From contig OY969811.1 in the NCBI GenBank assembly GCA_963703315.1, forward strand, positions 3,136,001-3,200,000: a DNA stretch of 64,000 bases, written 5' to 3'. The position numbers and the translations under genes were made by a program. The notes beneath the pieces were generated by a model, which worked only from the letters and a program-made list of their open reading frames with translations, did no database searches and had not been told where the DNA came from. The stretch is from an uncultured cyanobacterium. GTDB lineage: Bacteria; Cyanobacteriota; Cyanobacteriia; Pseudanabaenales; Pseudanabaenaceae. Shown here one piece after another: positions 27,742-36,866 of the stretch; position 1 is the stretch's first letter; the number at the start of each line of letters is the position of its first letter.

Positions 27742-30572
27742 AGTCCTGTGATGGTGAAGGCTGACCAGTGATAGGGATGATTATATGGTTTTAAGTCTGT
27801 GGATGCAGAAATTTGATCAAGGTCATTTTGAGAAAGGTCATCAAGGCGATCACGCAACCAAGGAATCAAACTATGGTTAGTTGGTAGCTTATCGATTTGT
27901 TGGTTATACCATTTTCTTAGATCTTCATTGGTAATATTGCGTAGCCAATATTTGGCGGCGGCAATAGCCACATCTGCGGATTGATCTTCTTCTACATAGC
28001 GGCGGTGAAACTCGATCATTAGTAGAGCGCTAGATATGGATTCGACTGTCCAGAGGGTGCTGACGACATTGGCAACACCGCTATACATGAATGCGCTGAC
28101 GATGCCGATATATTCCTTAGTGATGGTTTGGTTGCCCGCGATCGCAGTTTCACAGGCACAGAGACAGGCGAGTTGATAGCTGCTGAGATCGAGGTTGCCG
28201 ATCGCTTTGAGGGTGAGGCGATCTCTACCACTGAGGGCGAGGGCGGAGTTGATCGGGCTGAAAAAATCATAGTAACCATGCCCTGTAAAGTGAAAGATGG
28301 TATGGGGTTGGGGTGTTGTGGCGGTGAGTTGGGCGGTGACTTCTGCAAGGGTGGTTTCGGCTTTGGCTCTGCGAGTTGATTCGCCATAAATCCGACAGAT
28401 TAGTTCCGATTCTGCTTCGGCGGCGGTGAGTTTGGGTAGATTTTGCTTTGTGCTGTCTTCAAGTGTGATGCTGCTGTCAGGGTTTTCGATGCTGAGGAGG
28501 CGTTTGTAATTGGGTTTTGGTTGGTTGAGAAGTTTGATGCCAACTTGAATGCTCGGTAAATAGGCGATCGTGTATTTAGGGTCAAAGAGGCTATCTAGGG
28601 GATAGAGGTGCAGGTCACGGTGAGGAATGAGAAGCAGTTGGGTACAGTGGGGAGAGTCTGCAAGGGCTGCTTCGATGTTAGTGATGTGGAGAACGGTTTT
28701 GAGTGTGGCAAGGCGTTCTTCCATTTGAAAGCGCCAAGGATGATTTTTGCCTTTTGCTTCGGGCTTAGCTTCCTGTGATTCAGATTTGGTTTTCTTACCG
28801 CCATAGTTAGCGTAATCCTTTTGCCATGCGGTCATCCAGTCGGTAAGTTGGTTGCGTTGGGTGAGGGGGGCGTTTTCGGTGGTTGGGGTTGGGAGTAAGT
28901 TGAGTGTGATTTCGGATGAGGCGTTGGGAGCGAGAATGAAGGTGGTGAGGACGTTGTCGCTGAGATGCCAATAGATTATCGCGGTGTTGGGCTTTTGCTT
29001 GAGGAAGGCGCACATTTGCGAATAGTCGGGGCTTGGTTCGGTGGTATCCGCTAAGAGTCCATCACGCAGAAAAGCATTTTTATCTTTTTCGGCAATTTCA
29101 AGGGCTTCTATCAGTTTGCCTTGTTGGATGTATAAGTTTACAGTCAATTCATTAAAGTAGGGTCTGAACTTCCGTTCAAAGATTTCTCTATTTCCTCCTG
29201 ATTTCCCTTTTAGTTGGGCTTCTAGAAAATCGGTTCCTTTCCGCAATAGTCCTTCAACTTTTTCGGTTTCGTGTAATGCTAAAAGGACGCGAATGTAGTC
29301 TTGTAAAGTTTCTAGATGGGCGGTTTCAAATTTTGGTGTCAGGGCTTTTAAAGAATTTTCGTAGCTGATGATTGCCTTCCGCCAAAGAGGGAAAGGATTT
29401 GTCTGGATACTACCATGATCATAATTAGAGATTCCTAGATAGCGATGTAATTGTCCCCAGCCCTCTGGTTCAGTTTCTTGATTAATATATTTGAATCCCT
29501 CATTGTAAGATACAAGGCTTCCCTGATAACCGCGCAGATCAAGTGCAGGATTTTGCATATCTTGTGGTAAAAGCTTGCCAAATAATTTTAGAAGTGTATT
29601 TTTTTCTTTACCTTCACTTTTTGAGGCAGCATTACCACGATTAGTCCATGCTCGCCACGAATTCCCTTTTGCAATCACCAATGCCTTGTCGAAGAAGATT
29701 ATCGCCTCTTCGTATCTATATAAGTATTCACAGAATAAAGCACCTTTGCTTATCCAAATATTCTCATTATCGGGATTAATACTGATTGCACGATCCAAAG
29801 ATATTATTGCCTCGTCATATCTTCCCAAACGAACTAGGCAAAATCCTTTGCTATGCCAAGCACTCTCATAATCAGGATTGATGCTAATAGCGCGATCCAA
29901 GGATATTATTGCTTCTTCATATCTTTCCAAATCAGCTAGGTAAACCCCCTTGTTATGCCAAGTACTCGCATAATCGGGATTAATGCTGATGGCGCGATCC
30001 AAAGATATTATCGCCTCTTCATATCTTCCCAAAGTAGCTAGAGAAGCTCCTTTGTTAAGCCAAGCGCTCTCATAATCAGGATTAATGCTGATGGCGCGAT
30101 CAAAGCATATTATCGCCTCTTCATATCTTCCCAAATCAGCTAGGGAAGATCCTTTGTTATACCAAGCAATCTCATGATTGGGATTGATGCTGATGGCACA
30201 ATCATAGGAAGTTATCGATTCTTCATATCTTCCTAAATTAGCAAGGGAAGCTCCTTTGTTAATCCAATTAATCTCATGTTCTGAATTGATGCTGATGGCG
30301 CGATCAAATGATATTATCGACTCTTGATATTTTCCTAAGTTAGCTAGTGAAGTTCCTTTATTATACCAAGCAGTCTCATGCTCAGGATTAATGCCGATAA
30401 CGCGATCATATGATTTTATAGCCTCCTCATAGTTTCCTAATTGATATTGATAGTTACCGTTATCATACCAAAATTCATAATCTTTAGTTCTGATTTTTTT
30501 TGAAGAAGTAGGCTTCTTTTGAGAATGCGAATCCTTTGATTTTTTGCCGCCAAATCCATTGCTGCTAGCCAT
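27738..30572 (-). CDS. TPR-repeat CHAT (caspase-like) protease
   Basis: About 8 tandem 34-aa TPRs (W..KG..L..LGRYEEAI...DRAISINP); CHAT motifs LLIPHRDLH.YPL, HFTGHG and LCACET with an intact His-Cys dyad, LWTV and HPYHWSAF. Confidence 0.93.
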   Translation of the reverse strand: MASSNGFGGKKSKDSHSQKKPTSSKKIRTKDYEFWYDNGNYQYQLGNYEEAIKSYDRVIGINPEHETAWYNKGTSLANLGKYQESIISFDRAISINSEHEINWINKGASLANLGRYEESITSYDCAISINPNHEIAWYNKGSSLADLGRYEEAIICFDRAISINPDYESAWLNKGASLATLGRYEEAIISLDRAISINPDYASTWHNKGVYLADLERYEEAIISLDRAISINPDYESAWHSKGFCLVRLGRYDEAIISLDRAISINPDNENIWISKGALFCEYLYRYEEAIIFFDKALVIAKGNSWRAWTNRGNAASKSEGKEKNTLLKLFGKLLPQDMQNPALDLRGYQGSLVSYNEGFKYINQETEPEGWGQLHRYLGISNYDHGSIQTNPFPLWRKAIISYENSLKALTPKFETAHLETLQDYIRVLLALHETEKVEGLLRKGTDFLEAQLKGKSGGNREIFERKFRPYFNELTVNLYIQQGKLIEALEIAEKDKNAFLRDGLLADTTEPSPDYSQMCAFLKQKPNTAIIYWHLSDNVLTTFILAPNASSEITLNLLPTPTTENAPLTQRNQLTDWMTAWQKDYANYGGKKTKSESQEAKPEAKGKNHPWRFQMEERLATLKTVLHITNIEAALADSPHCTQLLLIPHRDLHLYPLDSLFDPKYTIAYLPSIQVGIKLLNQPKPNYKRLLSIENPDSSITLEDSTKQNLPKLTAAEAESELICRIYGESTRRAKAETTLAEVTAQLTATTPQPHTIFHFTGHGYYDFFSPINSALALSGRDRLTLKAIGNLDLSSYQLACLCACETAIAGNQTITKEYIGIVSAFMYSGVANVVSTLWTVESISSALLMIEFHRRYVEEDQSADVAIAAAKYWLRNITNEDLRKWYNQQIDKLPTNHSLIPWLRDRLDDLSQNDLDQISASTDLKPYNHPYHWSAFTITGL
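29650..30480 (-). repeat. Tandem ~102-bp coding repeats (TPR units); boundaries approximate
   Basis: Recurring atgctgatggcgcgatc...atattatcgcctcttcatatcttcccaaa at 102-bp spacing. Confidence 0.85.
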
Positions 30573-30618
30573 TTTGATTTCAAACCTATTTAAGAAACTT
30601 GACTATAACTTCACACCT

Positions 30619-30882
30619 TCAAATTTTAACAACTGCTTCATCCAATCTCCACAAACTTAACCAAACACTAGTTTCATGATCGCCATAACCCCGCAACCAA
30701 AACACCATCTGCTGATCCCCACAGCGATCGCCCAAAAGTTTTAATAATCTCTGCTCATCCCAATTCGCCGCCACACCTTGCAGAACTTGCAGAAACATCT
30801 GCTCATATTCGCGATCGGTTAACGGAACAAGAGACGGCGATCCGTCCGACTTACCACCAAACAAACCCTTTAACCAACTCAT
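30619..30882 (-). CDS. 87-aa ORF, possibly a stranded N-terminal fragment of a TPR-CHAT-type protein
   Basis: MSWLKGLFGG...LTDREYEQMFLQVLQGVAANW, 46 bp upstream of the CHAT gene; resemblance to N-termini of cyanobacterial TPR-CHAT proteins is from recall. Confidence 0.5.
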   Translation of the reverse strand: MSWLKGLFGGKSDGSPSLVPLTDREYEQMFLQVLQGVAANWDEQRLLKLLGDRCGDQQMVFWLRGYGDHETSVWLSLWRLDEAVVKI

Positions 30883-30931
30883 CACGCACCCAGCCTCGCT
30901 ATAAGCTCCCAAAATTTTAGCAATTTTTTTC

Positions 30932-31089
30932 GTAGGGGCTAAGCATTCCCGCAAATATTTAAGAATTTTTAGACACCCTCAAATTGGGAATGCTTAGCCC
31001 AAAGCTAAAAGCAAAGAGGGTTTAGCATTTGCAGATCGAGATTTTTTATGGTGGATTTTGCGATCGCGGCGCAAATGCTAAACCCCTAC
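30932..31089. repeat. Inverted pair of GTAG-type REP-like hairpins
   Basis: GTAGgggctaagcattccc...gggaatgcttagccc, then gggtttagcatttgc...gcaaatgctaaacccCTAC. Confidence 0.7.
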
Positions 31090-31176
31090 ATCTGGAATGT
31101 GGGCGATTGGATGTATTTAATTGATGTGTTTTTGGCGATCGCTAAATAACTTAGTGCTGTAAGTTTGAATGAATGA

Positions 31177-33045
31177 CTAAAATCGATTTAAACTGACGGG
31201 ACAATTGGGCTTTTCAGTAGTTTCTACGGGGACAGGATCAGGAGGTAAAAGCGCGACAATATGGGGAACAGGACGAGGCTCATACGCCATTACGGATTTA
31301 CCGCGATAGGCAAGGGCAGCACTAGCTCCTGAATCAAGCATGACGACATCACGTAAACCAGCCTTTGCCAAGATTTTACCTAAGCCAACAGAATCAATCA
31401 TTTCCATCGTTACACCGATTACTGGTCTGCCAGAACGATCAATCCCCCAGAAGGCGCGATCGCGACTAGCATCAAAACCATAAAGCTTCCCAAAGGATTC
31501 GGCTGACTGTGGTTTACCATCACGCACTAGCCAACCTGCGGCAACAAAAGCATCGGTGACATCAGGTAGCTCGGCTTTTACAGCTTCTAGGGAGGTATGT
31601 TTAGCAGCATTAAAAGGAATGAACTTAATCGCGGTAGGACTAATTAAAACCAGTGGACGACCATTGAGTAGAGGGTTTTCACCTTTATTGCCAGTATTAA
31701 AAATCCCTGCATTACTAGAAAACTGGCTCATTACAGGACCAATCATCGTATTTCCATCAATACGTTCCAATGAGAAAAAGCCGCCATCTACTGCCGCGAT
31801 CGCATTGGGAGTCATGGCTAAAATTTCGGCAACCTGAGCGCGTTTGTCTGCATGGGTCGTAACTGCCCGACCACCATATACTAGGGTAAGGGGCAAGCCA
31901 TCAACGGTAACTTGTTTCTTCTCAACAGGTGTTGTGAAATTAATCGCACCATTACTGACAGTAGGCAAAAGTGAGATTTGGCTTGCAGAAGTTCCACCAG
32001 AAGCTTGCTCGATCGCCTCATTAAACCGAGATTGTCCAAAGCGCATAATCGTGAGTAAATCTTCCGATTCATTTGCCGATCGCTCTTGACGCGGATCAAG
32101 ACTCATTGAGAGGGCTGCCTTGTAGCCAGCATTTTTGATTTTATCCTTAGCTCGCTCCGTAAAGTCACCTTCAGGATAGGTGAAGTAATCAATAGTAATT
32201 CCGAGTTCTTTCTCAAGTACTTTCTTGGACTCAGTTACTTCTTTTTCAATTTCTGCATCCTTGAGATTTGTCATATTCAGATGATTGACAGTATGAGAAG
32301 CAATAGTGATCAATCCACTCTTATGCATTTCTCGCAGTTGATCCCATGTCGCTTTAGGCTTTTGTCCACCTGTTCCCACAAAGCGAGTATGCACTGACCA
32401 CACCGCAGGATAGTTATATTTCTTCAGCAATGGGAAGGCATATTTGTATTGACCGACATAATTATCGTCAAAGGTTAGTAATACAGGCTTTTCGGGTAGT
32501 TGAGTGCCTGTCCGCAGATGACTCACCATGAGATCCATGGTTATGGGTGTATAGCCACCTTCTTGCAAAGATTGAAAATGTTTTTCTAACTCTTCAGGAG
32601 TGACATCCCAACTCACATCTTTAGATGCAGTAATGTCGTGATACATGATGATCGGAATCTTGGCAGCACGGGCGCGATCGCTAATTTGCGGAAACGGTGC
32701 AGGGGTAAAACTGGCAATTAGGTCAGCATTGATCGCAGTACTCAAAGTCGAGAGAATCGGTAACGGATCATTCGCGATCGCATTGATCGATCTGACTTGA
32801 TAGAGTGAAGCCGTCACCGATTCCAATGCGTTGTATTGACAAAAGGATTGCGAGGCATTGGCAGTCGAACTTACGGTTACAGCATTTGCATCTGGTTCAC
32901 TAATTGCTAAGTTCGTCGAGGCTGGACGATAGGTTACAAGTCTTGAGGCGATCGCTGCACCCATACCAGTACCAAGGGCTGCTAATCCCAGCACAATCCA
33001 AATCGTGTTTGTGCTGCCGTTTTTGTTGCCGTTGCCCCTGCTCAT
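31177..33045 (-). CDS. Polysaccharide deacetylase (NodB-like) fused to a phosphodiester-glycosidase-like domain
   Basis: IIMYH, LTFDD, SHTVNH and YPEG motifs; C-terminal AVDGGFF, RAFWG and MLDSGAS; N-terminal TM. Confidence 0.85.
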   Translation of the reverse strand: MSRGNGNKNGSTNTIWIVLGLAALGTGMGAAIASRLVTYRPASTNLAISEPDANAVTVSSTANASQSFCQYNALESVTASLYQVRSINAIANDPLPILSTLSTAINADLIASFTPAPFPQISDRARAAKIPIIMYHDITASKDVSWDVTPEELEKHFQSLQEGGYTPITMDLMVSHLRTGTQLPEKPVLLTFDDNYVGQYKYAFPLLKKYNYPAVWSVHTRFVGTGGQKPKATWDQLREMHKSGLITIASHTVNHLNMTNLKDAEIEKEVTESKKVLEKELGITIDYFTYPEGDFTERAKDKIKNAGYKAALSMSLDPRQERSANESEDLLTIMRFGQSRFNEAIEQASGGTSASQISLLPTVSNGAINFTTPVEKKQVTVDGLPLTLVYGGRAVTTHADKRAQVAEILAMTPNAIAAVDGGFFSLERIDGNTMIGPVMSQFSSNAGIFNTGNKGENPLLNGRPLVLISPTAIKFIPFNAAKHTSLEAVKAELPDVTDAFVAAGWLVRDGKPQSAESFGKLYGFDASRDRAFWGIDRSGRPVIGVTMEMIDSVGLGKILAKAGLRDVVMLDSGASAALAYRGKSVMAYEPRPVPHIVALLPPDPVPVETTEKPNCPVSLNRF

Positions 33046-33168
33046 AAAGATTTATAACTTTTCTTATATTACTAGCGCCTATTTAATCAGAGAGACATCA
33101 TGTACACAAGTACCTACAGGGAGTTAGCCAAAACTAAAAATGGCTACGCCATTTTTAGTTTTGGCTAA

Positions 33169-34008
33169 CTAAGCCCACCCTGACAGTCGATAAACAAATA
33201 ACCCAATATATTCTTTGATTGCATTAGTCGTATTTTTTAATGCCTCGGCACTAGGCAAAAGATCTAACACCGATGCCCAACCTCGCTGATTTTGATTATT
33301 TACCGTTAAAAAGTCAGTTGGGGCAGCAATACATTCAAAGCCAACTTTACGAAAAATTTCTAGCGATCGCGGCAGGTGGAGAGCCGAAGTCACCAGCAAT
33401 ATCTTATTAATTCCTCGCTTATCTAAAATCAGCTTGGTATTAACGGCATTATCGCGGGTGTTAAAGGATTGGGACTCTTGAACAATTGCATTGGCAGGAA
33501 CACCCATGATTTCGGCGATCGCTGCCATATCTTCGGACTCAGGATTGCCACCCTCGCCATACCACTCGGCTCTCCCCCCTGTCACGACTAATAGCGGCGC
33601 TTTACCCTGTTTATAAAGCCATGAGCCGTACAAAATGCGATCGCCCGCTTCATTGACCTCATACCATTGTCTTGGGGCAATGCGGGGACGAGTACCACCA
33701 CCCAATACCACGATCGCCTCTGCTTGCGGTAACTCGCCATTAGGTAAATATTGCCACTCTAGCGATCGCACTAACCCCTTAGAAACAACTTCGTTACTAC
33801 TCAAAAACAAGATTGTTAATGCTATTCCTAACAAAATTGATGCTACCCGACTTCTTTTAAAGAGACTAATTCCTCTGCCAGCAATAGTTGCACTGCGCGA
33901 TCGCTTGGAACGCCACAGCAAGATAATCAAGGCGATCGTAATCAGTAGGCTAGATAAACCAAGCGGATAAAAAAATAACGGTAAAAGTTTTGATAAAAAT
34001 AGTGACAA
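33169..34008 (-). CDS. YdcF/ElyC (DUF218) family membrane protein
   Basis: IVVLGGG, TGG, S.NT..NA, LVTSALHLPRS and KEYIG motifs. Confidence 0.9.
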   Translation of the reverse strand: MSLFLSKLLPLFFYPLGLSSLLITIALIILLWRSKRSRSATIAGRGISLFKRSRVASILLGIALTILFLSSNEVVSKGLVRSLEWQYLPNGELPQAEAIVVLGGGTRPRIAPRQWYEVNEAGDRILYGSWLYKQGKAPLLVVTGGRAEWYGEGGNPESEDMAAIAEIMGVPANAIVQESQSFNTRDNAVNTKLILDKRGINKILLVTSALHLPRSLEIFRKVGFECIAAPTDFLTVNNQNQRGWASVLDLLPSAEALKNTTNAIKEYIGLFVYRLSGWA

Positions 34009-34038
34009 AGTTTAAACCCTACCTTAGCAATTACGGCA

Positions 34039-34153
34039 TATAGCGATTGCCAGTCTTTCTATGACACAAAACCAGAAGATGAGTTGTGGCGCGAAGTGCC
34101 ACAACTCGCTTCTTGGGTTTTGATTTGTGCTAATGCAAATGGCGACAGCTATA
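34039..34153. repeat. Family B MITE-like repeat
   Basis: tatagc...gctata ends; gagttgtggc...gccacaactc hairpin. Confidence 0.6.
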
Positions 34154-34196
34154 GCAATCCTAAATCATTTTCAAAGGAGCTAATCAGCTAGGTTTA

Positions 34197-35455
34197 CTGA
34201 GATCTTGCACCATTCAAGAAAAGGGGTTGTAGAAAGAGCAGAAATGTGAAAAAAAGGGCGTAGTAGTAAATTCAAATAACGATTATGGAAAGCATCGTTA
34301 AACACGCCCAATGGCTAGTGTATAGTCTTCTGTGTTTGATGCCAAGTGTGTATCAAAAAGCAAGTCTCAATGCAATATTAGGGCTATTTCTGGAAGCACA
34401 AGGGCATCCTTATCCAGAACATACACAGATAAAATCAGCAAGTGCGCTCAGTCGATTTCTCAATCACTATAACTGGTCAACCAGAGGACTAATTCGAGCA
34501 ACAAGGCAGGCTATTTTGGGACAAATCGGCAAGCATCATCCATCGAAACAAGTGCCATTAAAGATCCTGATAGATTTGACGACCCTAGAAAAATGCGGCA
34601 AGTTCTTACAATTGAGCAATCCCACTAAAGACAAACCCGACCCATGGGTGAGAATACTAAACGGCAAGCGAGGACTACATCTGGTTGTACTGTATTTGGT
34701 CTATGGAGAGTGGCGCGTACCATGGAGTTTTAGAGTATGGCGCGGCAAAGGATACCCCAGTCCCTCTGACTTAGCTTGTAAGTTGTTGGGGACAGTACCC
34801 AAGCAACTAACCCAAGGCAAGACTGTGATTGTCCTTGCTGATACTGAGTTTAGTACGGTGAAGTTTTTCAATGCTGTCCGCGCCAAGTCTTGGCGCATAG
34901 TTGTCGGCGTACGCAACAATCGCAAACTTCAAGATGGACGTACCGTCAAACAACTTTATCGCCATGGCAACCGTGGACAACAAGTTTTACTGAAAGGGCT
35001 AACTAAGCCTTTGACCATCTCTTGGTTCTGGCTCAAAAGAGCCGATAGTAAACGGGAGTTACGCTTTGTCGTCTCTTCTCATCCTTATTCTGGTGCTTAT
35101 CTGGTTATGTTGGGGCGTAAGCGTTGGGCAATTGAGGGTTTCTTCAAAACCATCAAACATCGCTTTGGTTTGCATTGTTTTGGACAATCTACAAAACTTG
35201 GCGTTTATCGTTGGCTTATCCTTTCTCTGCTTGCTTATCTTTTGGTTCATTGGATTGATCAATGGTCGAGTCCTCCCATCTTGGACTGGAAAGCTACCTG
35301 TGATTTAACTCTTTCTGTTTTATTCCCTTCTGTCCTTTGGTTGAAACTTCTCAGGTATCTTCAAATTAGTGCCGATATTGCTGCTCGTCATGGCTTTGAA
35401 ATTATTCTCAAACCCATTCCCACTTAACATTTTCAGGAATGGTGCAAGATCTGAG
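34197..35455 (+). mobile_element. IS701-like insertion sequence, copy 1 (1259 bp)
   Basis: 19-bp inverted repeats ctgagatcttgcaccattc / gaatggtgcaagatctgag (one mismatch); target duplication TTTA at 34193-34196 and 35456-35459. Confidence 0.92.
34285..35427 (+). CDS. DDE transposase (IS701-like)
   Basis: IDLTTLEK, ADTEF and RWAIEGFFK give a DDE triad. Confidence 0.92.
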   Translation: MESIVKHAQWLVYSLLCLMPSVYQKASLNAILGLFLEAQGHPYPEHTQIKSASALSRFLNHYNWSTRGLIRATRQAILGQIGKHHPSKQVPLKILIDLTTLEKCGKFLQLSNPTKDKPDPWVRILNGKRGLHLVVLYLVYGEWRVPWSFRVWRGKGYPSPSDLACKLLGTVPKQLTQGKTVIVLADTEFSTVKFFNAVRAKSWRIVVGVRNNRKLQDGRTVKQLYRHGNRGQQVLLKGLTKPLTISWFWLKRADSKRELRFVVSSHPYSGAYLVMLGRKRWAIEGFFKTIKHRFGLHCFGQSTKLGVYRWLILSLLAYLLVHWIDQWSSPPILDWKATCDLTLSVLFPSVLWLKLLRYLQISADIAARHGFEIILKPIPT

Positions 35456-35607
35456 TTTACATAATTTTAAAGCCATATCTTTATATAAGTTAATTGTCAA
35501 CTGTGAAGAGGAGAAGCATTGATAAGTAGAGGTTGTAACCAAAAGTTAAGAAAATAATTACGCCAATGCTCTAATCCTACAGAGAATCAAAACTTAAATT
35601 ACAATAA

Positions 35608-36866
35608 CTGAGATCTTGCACCATTCAAGAAAAGGGGTTGTAGAAAGAGCAGAAATGTGAAAAAAAGGGCGTAGTAGTAAATTCAAATAACGATTATGGA
35701 AAGCATCGTTAAACACGCCCAATGGCTAGTGTATAGTCTTCTGTGTTTGATGCCAAGTGTGTATCAAAAAGCAAGTCTCAATGCAATATTAGGGCTATTT
35801 CTGGAAGCACAAGGGCATCCTTATCCAGAACATACACAGATAAAATCAGCAAGTGCGCTCAGTCGATTTCTCAATCACTATAACTGGTCAACCAGAGGAC
35901 TAATTCGAGCAACAAGGCAGGCTATTTTGGGACAAATCGGCAAGCATCATCCATCGAAACAAGTGCCATTAAAGATCCTGATAGATTTGACGACCCTAGA
36001 AAAATGCGGCAAGTTCTTACAATTGAGCAATCCCACTAAAGACAAACCCGACCCATGGGTGAGAATACTAAACGGCAAGCGAGGACTACATCTGGTTGTA
36101 CTGTATTTGGTCTATGGAGAGTGGCGCGTACCATGGAGTTTTAGAGTATGGCGCGGCAAAGGATACCCCAGTCCCTCTGACTTAGCTTGTAAGTTGTTGG
36201 GGACAGTACCCAAGCAACTAACCCAAGGCAAGACTGTGATTGTCCTTGCTGATACTGAGTTTAGTACGGTGAAGTTTTTCAATGCTGTCCGCGCCAAGTC
36301 TTGGCGCATAGTTGTCGGCGTACGCAACAATCGCAAACTTCAAGATGGACGTACCGTCAAACAACTTTATCGCCATGGCAACCGTGGACAACAAGTTTTA
36401 CTGAAAGGGCTAACTAAGCCTTTGACCATCTCTTGGTTCTGGCTCAAAAGAGCCGATAGTAAACGGGAGTTACGCTTTGTCGTCTCTTCTCATCCTTATT
36501 CTGGTGCTTATCTGGTTATGTTGGGGCGTAAGCGTTGGGCAATTGAGGGTTTCTTCAAAACCATCAAACATCGCTTTGGTTTGCATTGTTTTGGACAATC
36601 TACAAAACTTGGCGTTTATCGTTGGCTTATCCTTTCTCTGCTTGCTTATCTTTTGGTTCATTGGATTGATCAATGGTCGAGTCCTCCCATCTTGGACTGG
36701 AAAGCTACCTGTGATTTAACTCTTTCTGTTTTATTCCCTTCTGTCCTTTGGTTGAAACTTCTCAGGTATCTTCAAATTAGTGCCGATATTGCTGCTCGTC
36801 ATGGCTTTGAAATTATTCTCAAACCCATTCCCACTTAACATTTTCAGGAATGGTGCAAGATCTGAG
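35608..36866 (+). mobile_element. IS701-like insertion sequence, copy 2 (1259 bp)
   Basis: Same inverted repeats; target duplication ATAA at 35604-35607 and 36867-36870. Confidence 0.92.
35696..36838 (+). CDS. DDE transposase identical to 34285-35427
   Basis: Identical 380-aa translation in the ORF track. Confidence 0.92.
   Translation: MESIVKHAQWLVYSLLCLMPSVYQKASLNAILGLFLEAQGHPYPEHTQIKSASALSRFLNHYNWSTRGLIRATRQAILGQIGKHHPSKQVPLKILIDLTTLEKCGKFLQLSNPTKDKPDPWVRILNGKRGLHLVVLYLVYGEWRVPWSFRVWRGKGYPSPSDLACKLLGTVPKQLTQGKTVIVLADTEFSTVKFFNAVRAKSWRIVVGVRNNRKLQDGRTVKQLYRHGNRGQQVLLKGLTKPLTISWFWLKRADSKRELRFVVSSHPYSGAYLVMLGRKRWAIEGFFKTIKHRFGLHCFGQSTKLGVYRWLILSLLAYLLVHWIDQWSSPPILDWKATCDLTLSVLFPSVLWLKLLRYLQISADIAARHGFEIILKPIPT

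Noticed and set aside
29650..30480. Diversity-generating retroelement template/variable repeat pair
   Set aside because: No reverse transcriptase in the window, and the repeats are in-frame tandem TPR units whose differences are not confined to adenines.
34197..36866. One composite transposon, tandem duplication or assembly artefact
   Set aside because: Each copy has its own distinct 4-bp target duplication and the outer flanks (TTTA, ATAA) do not match each other.
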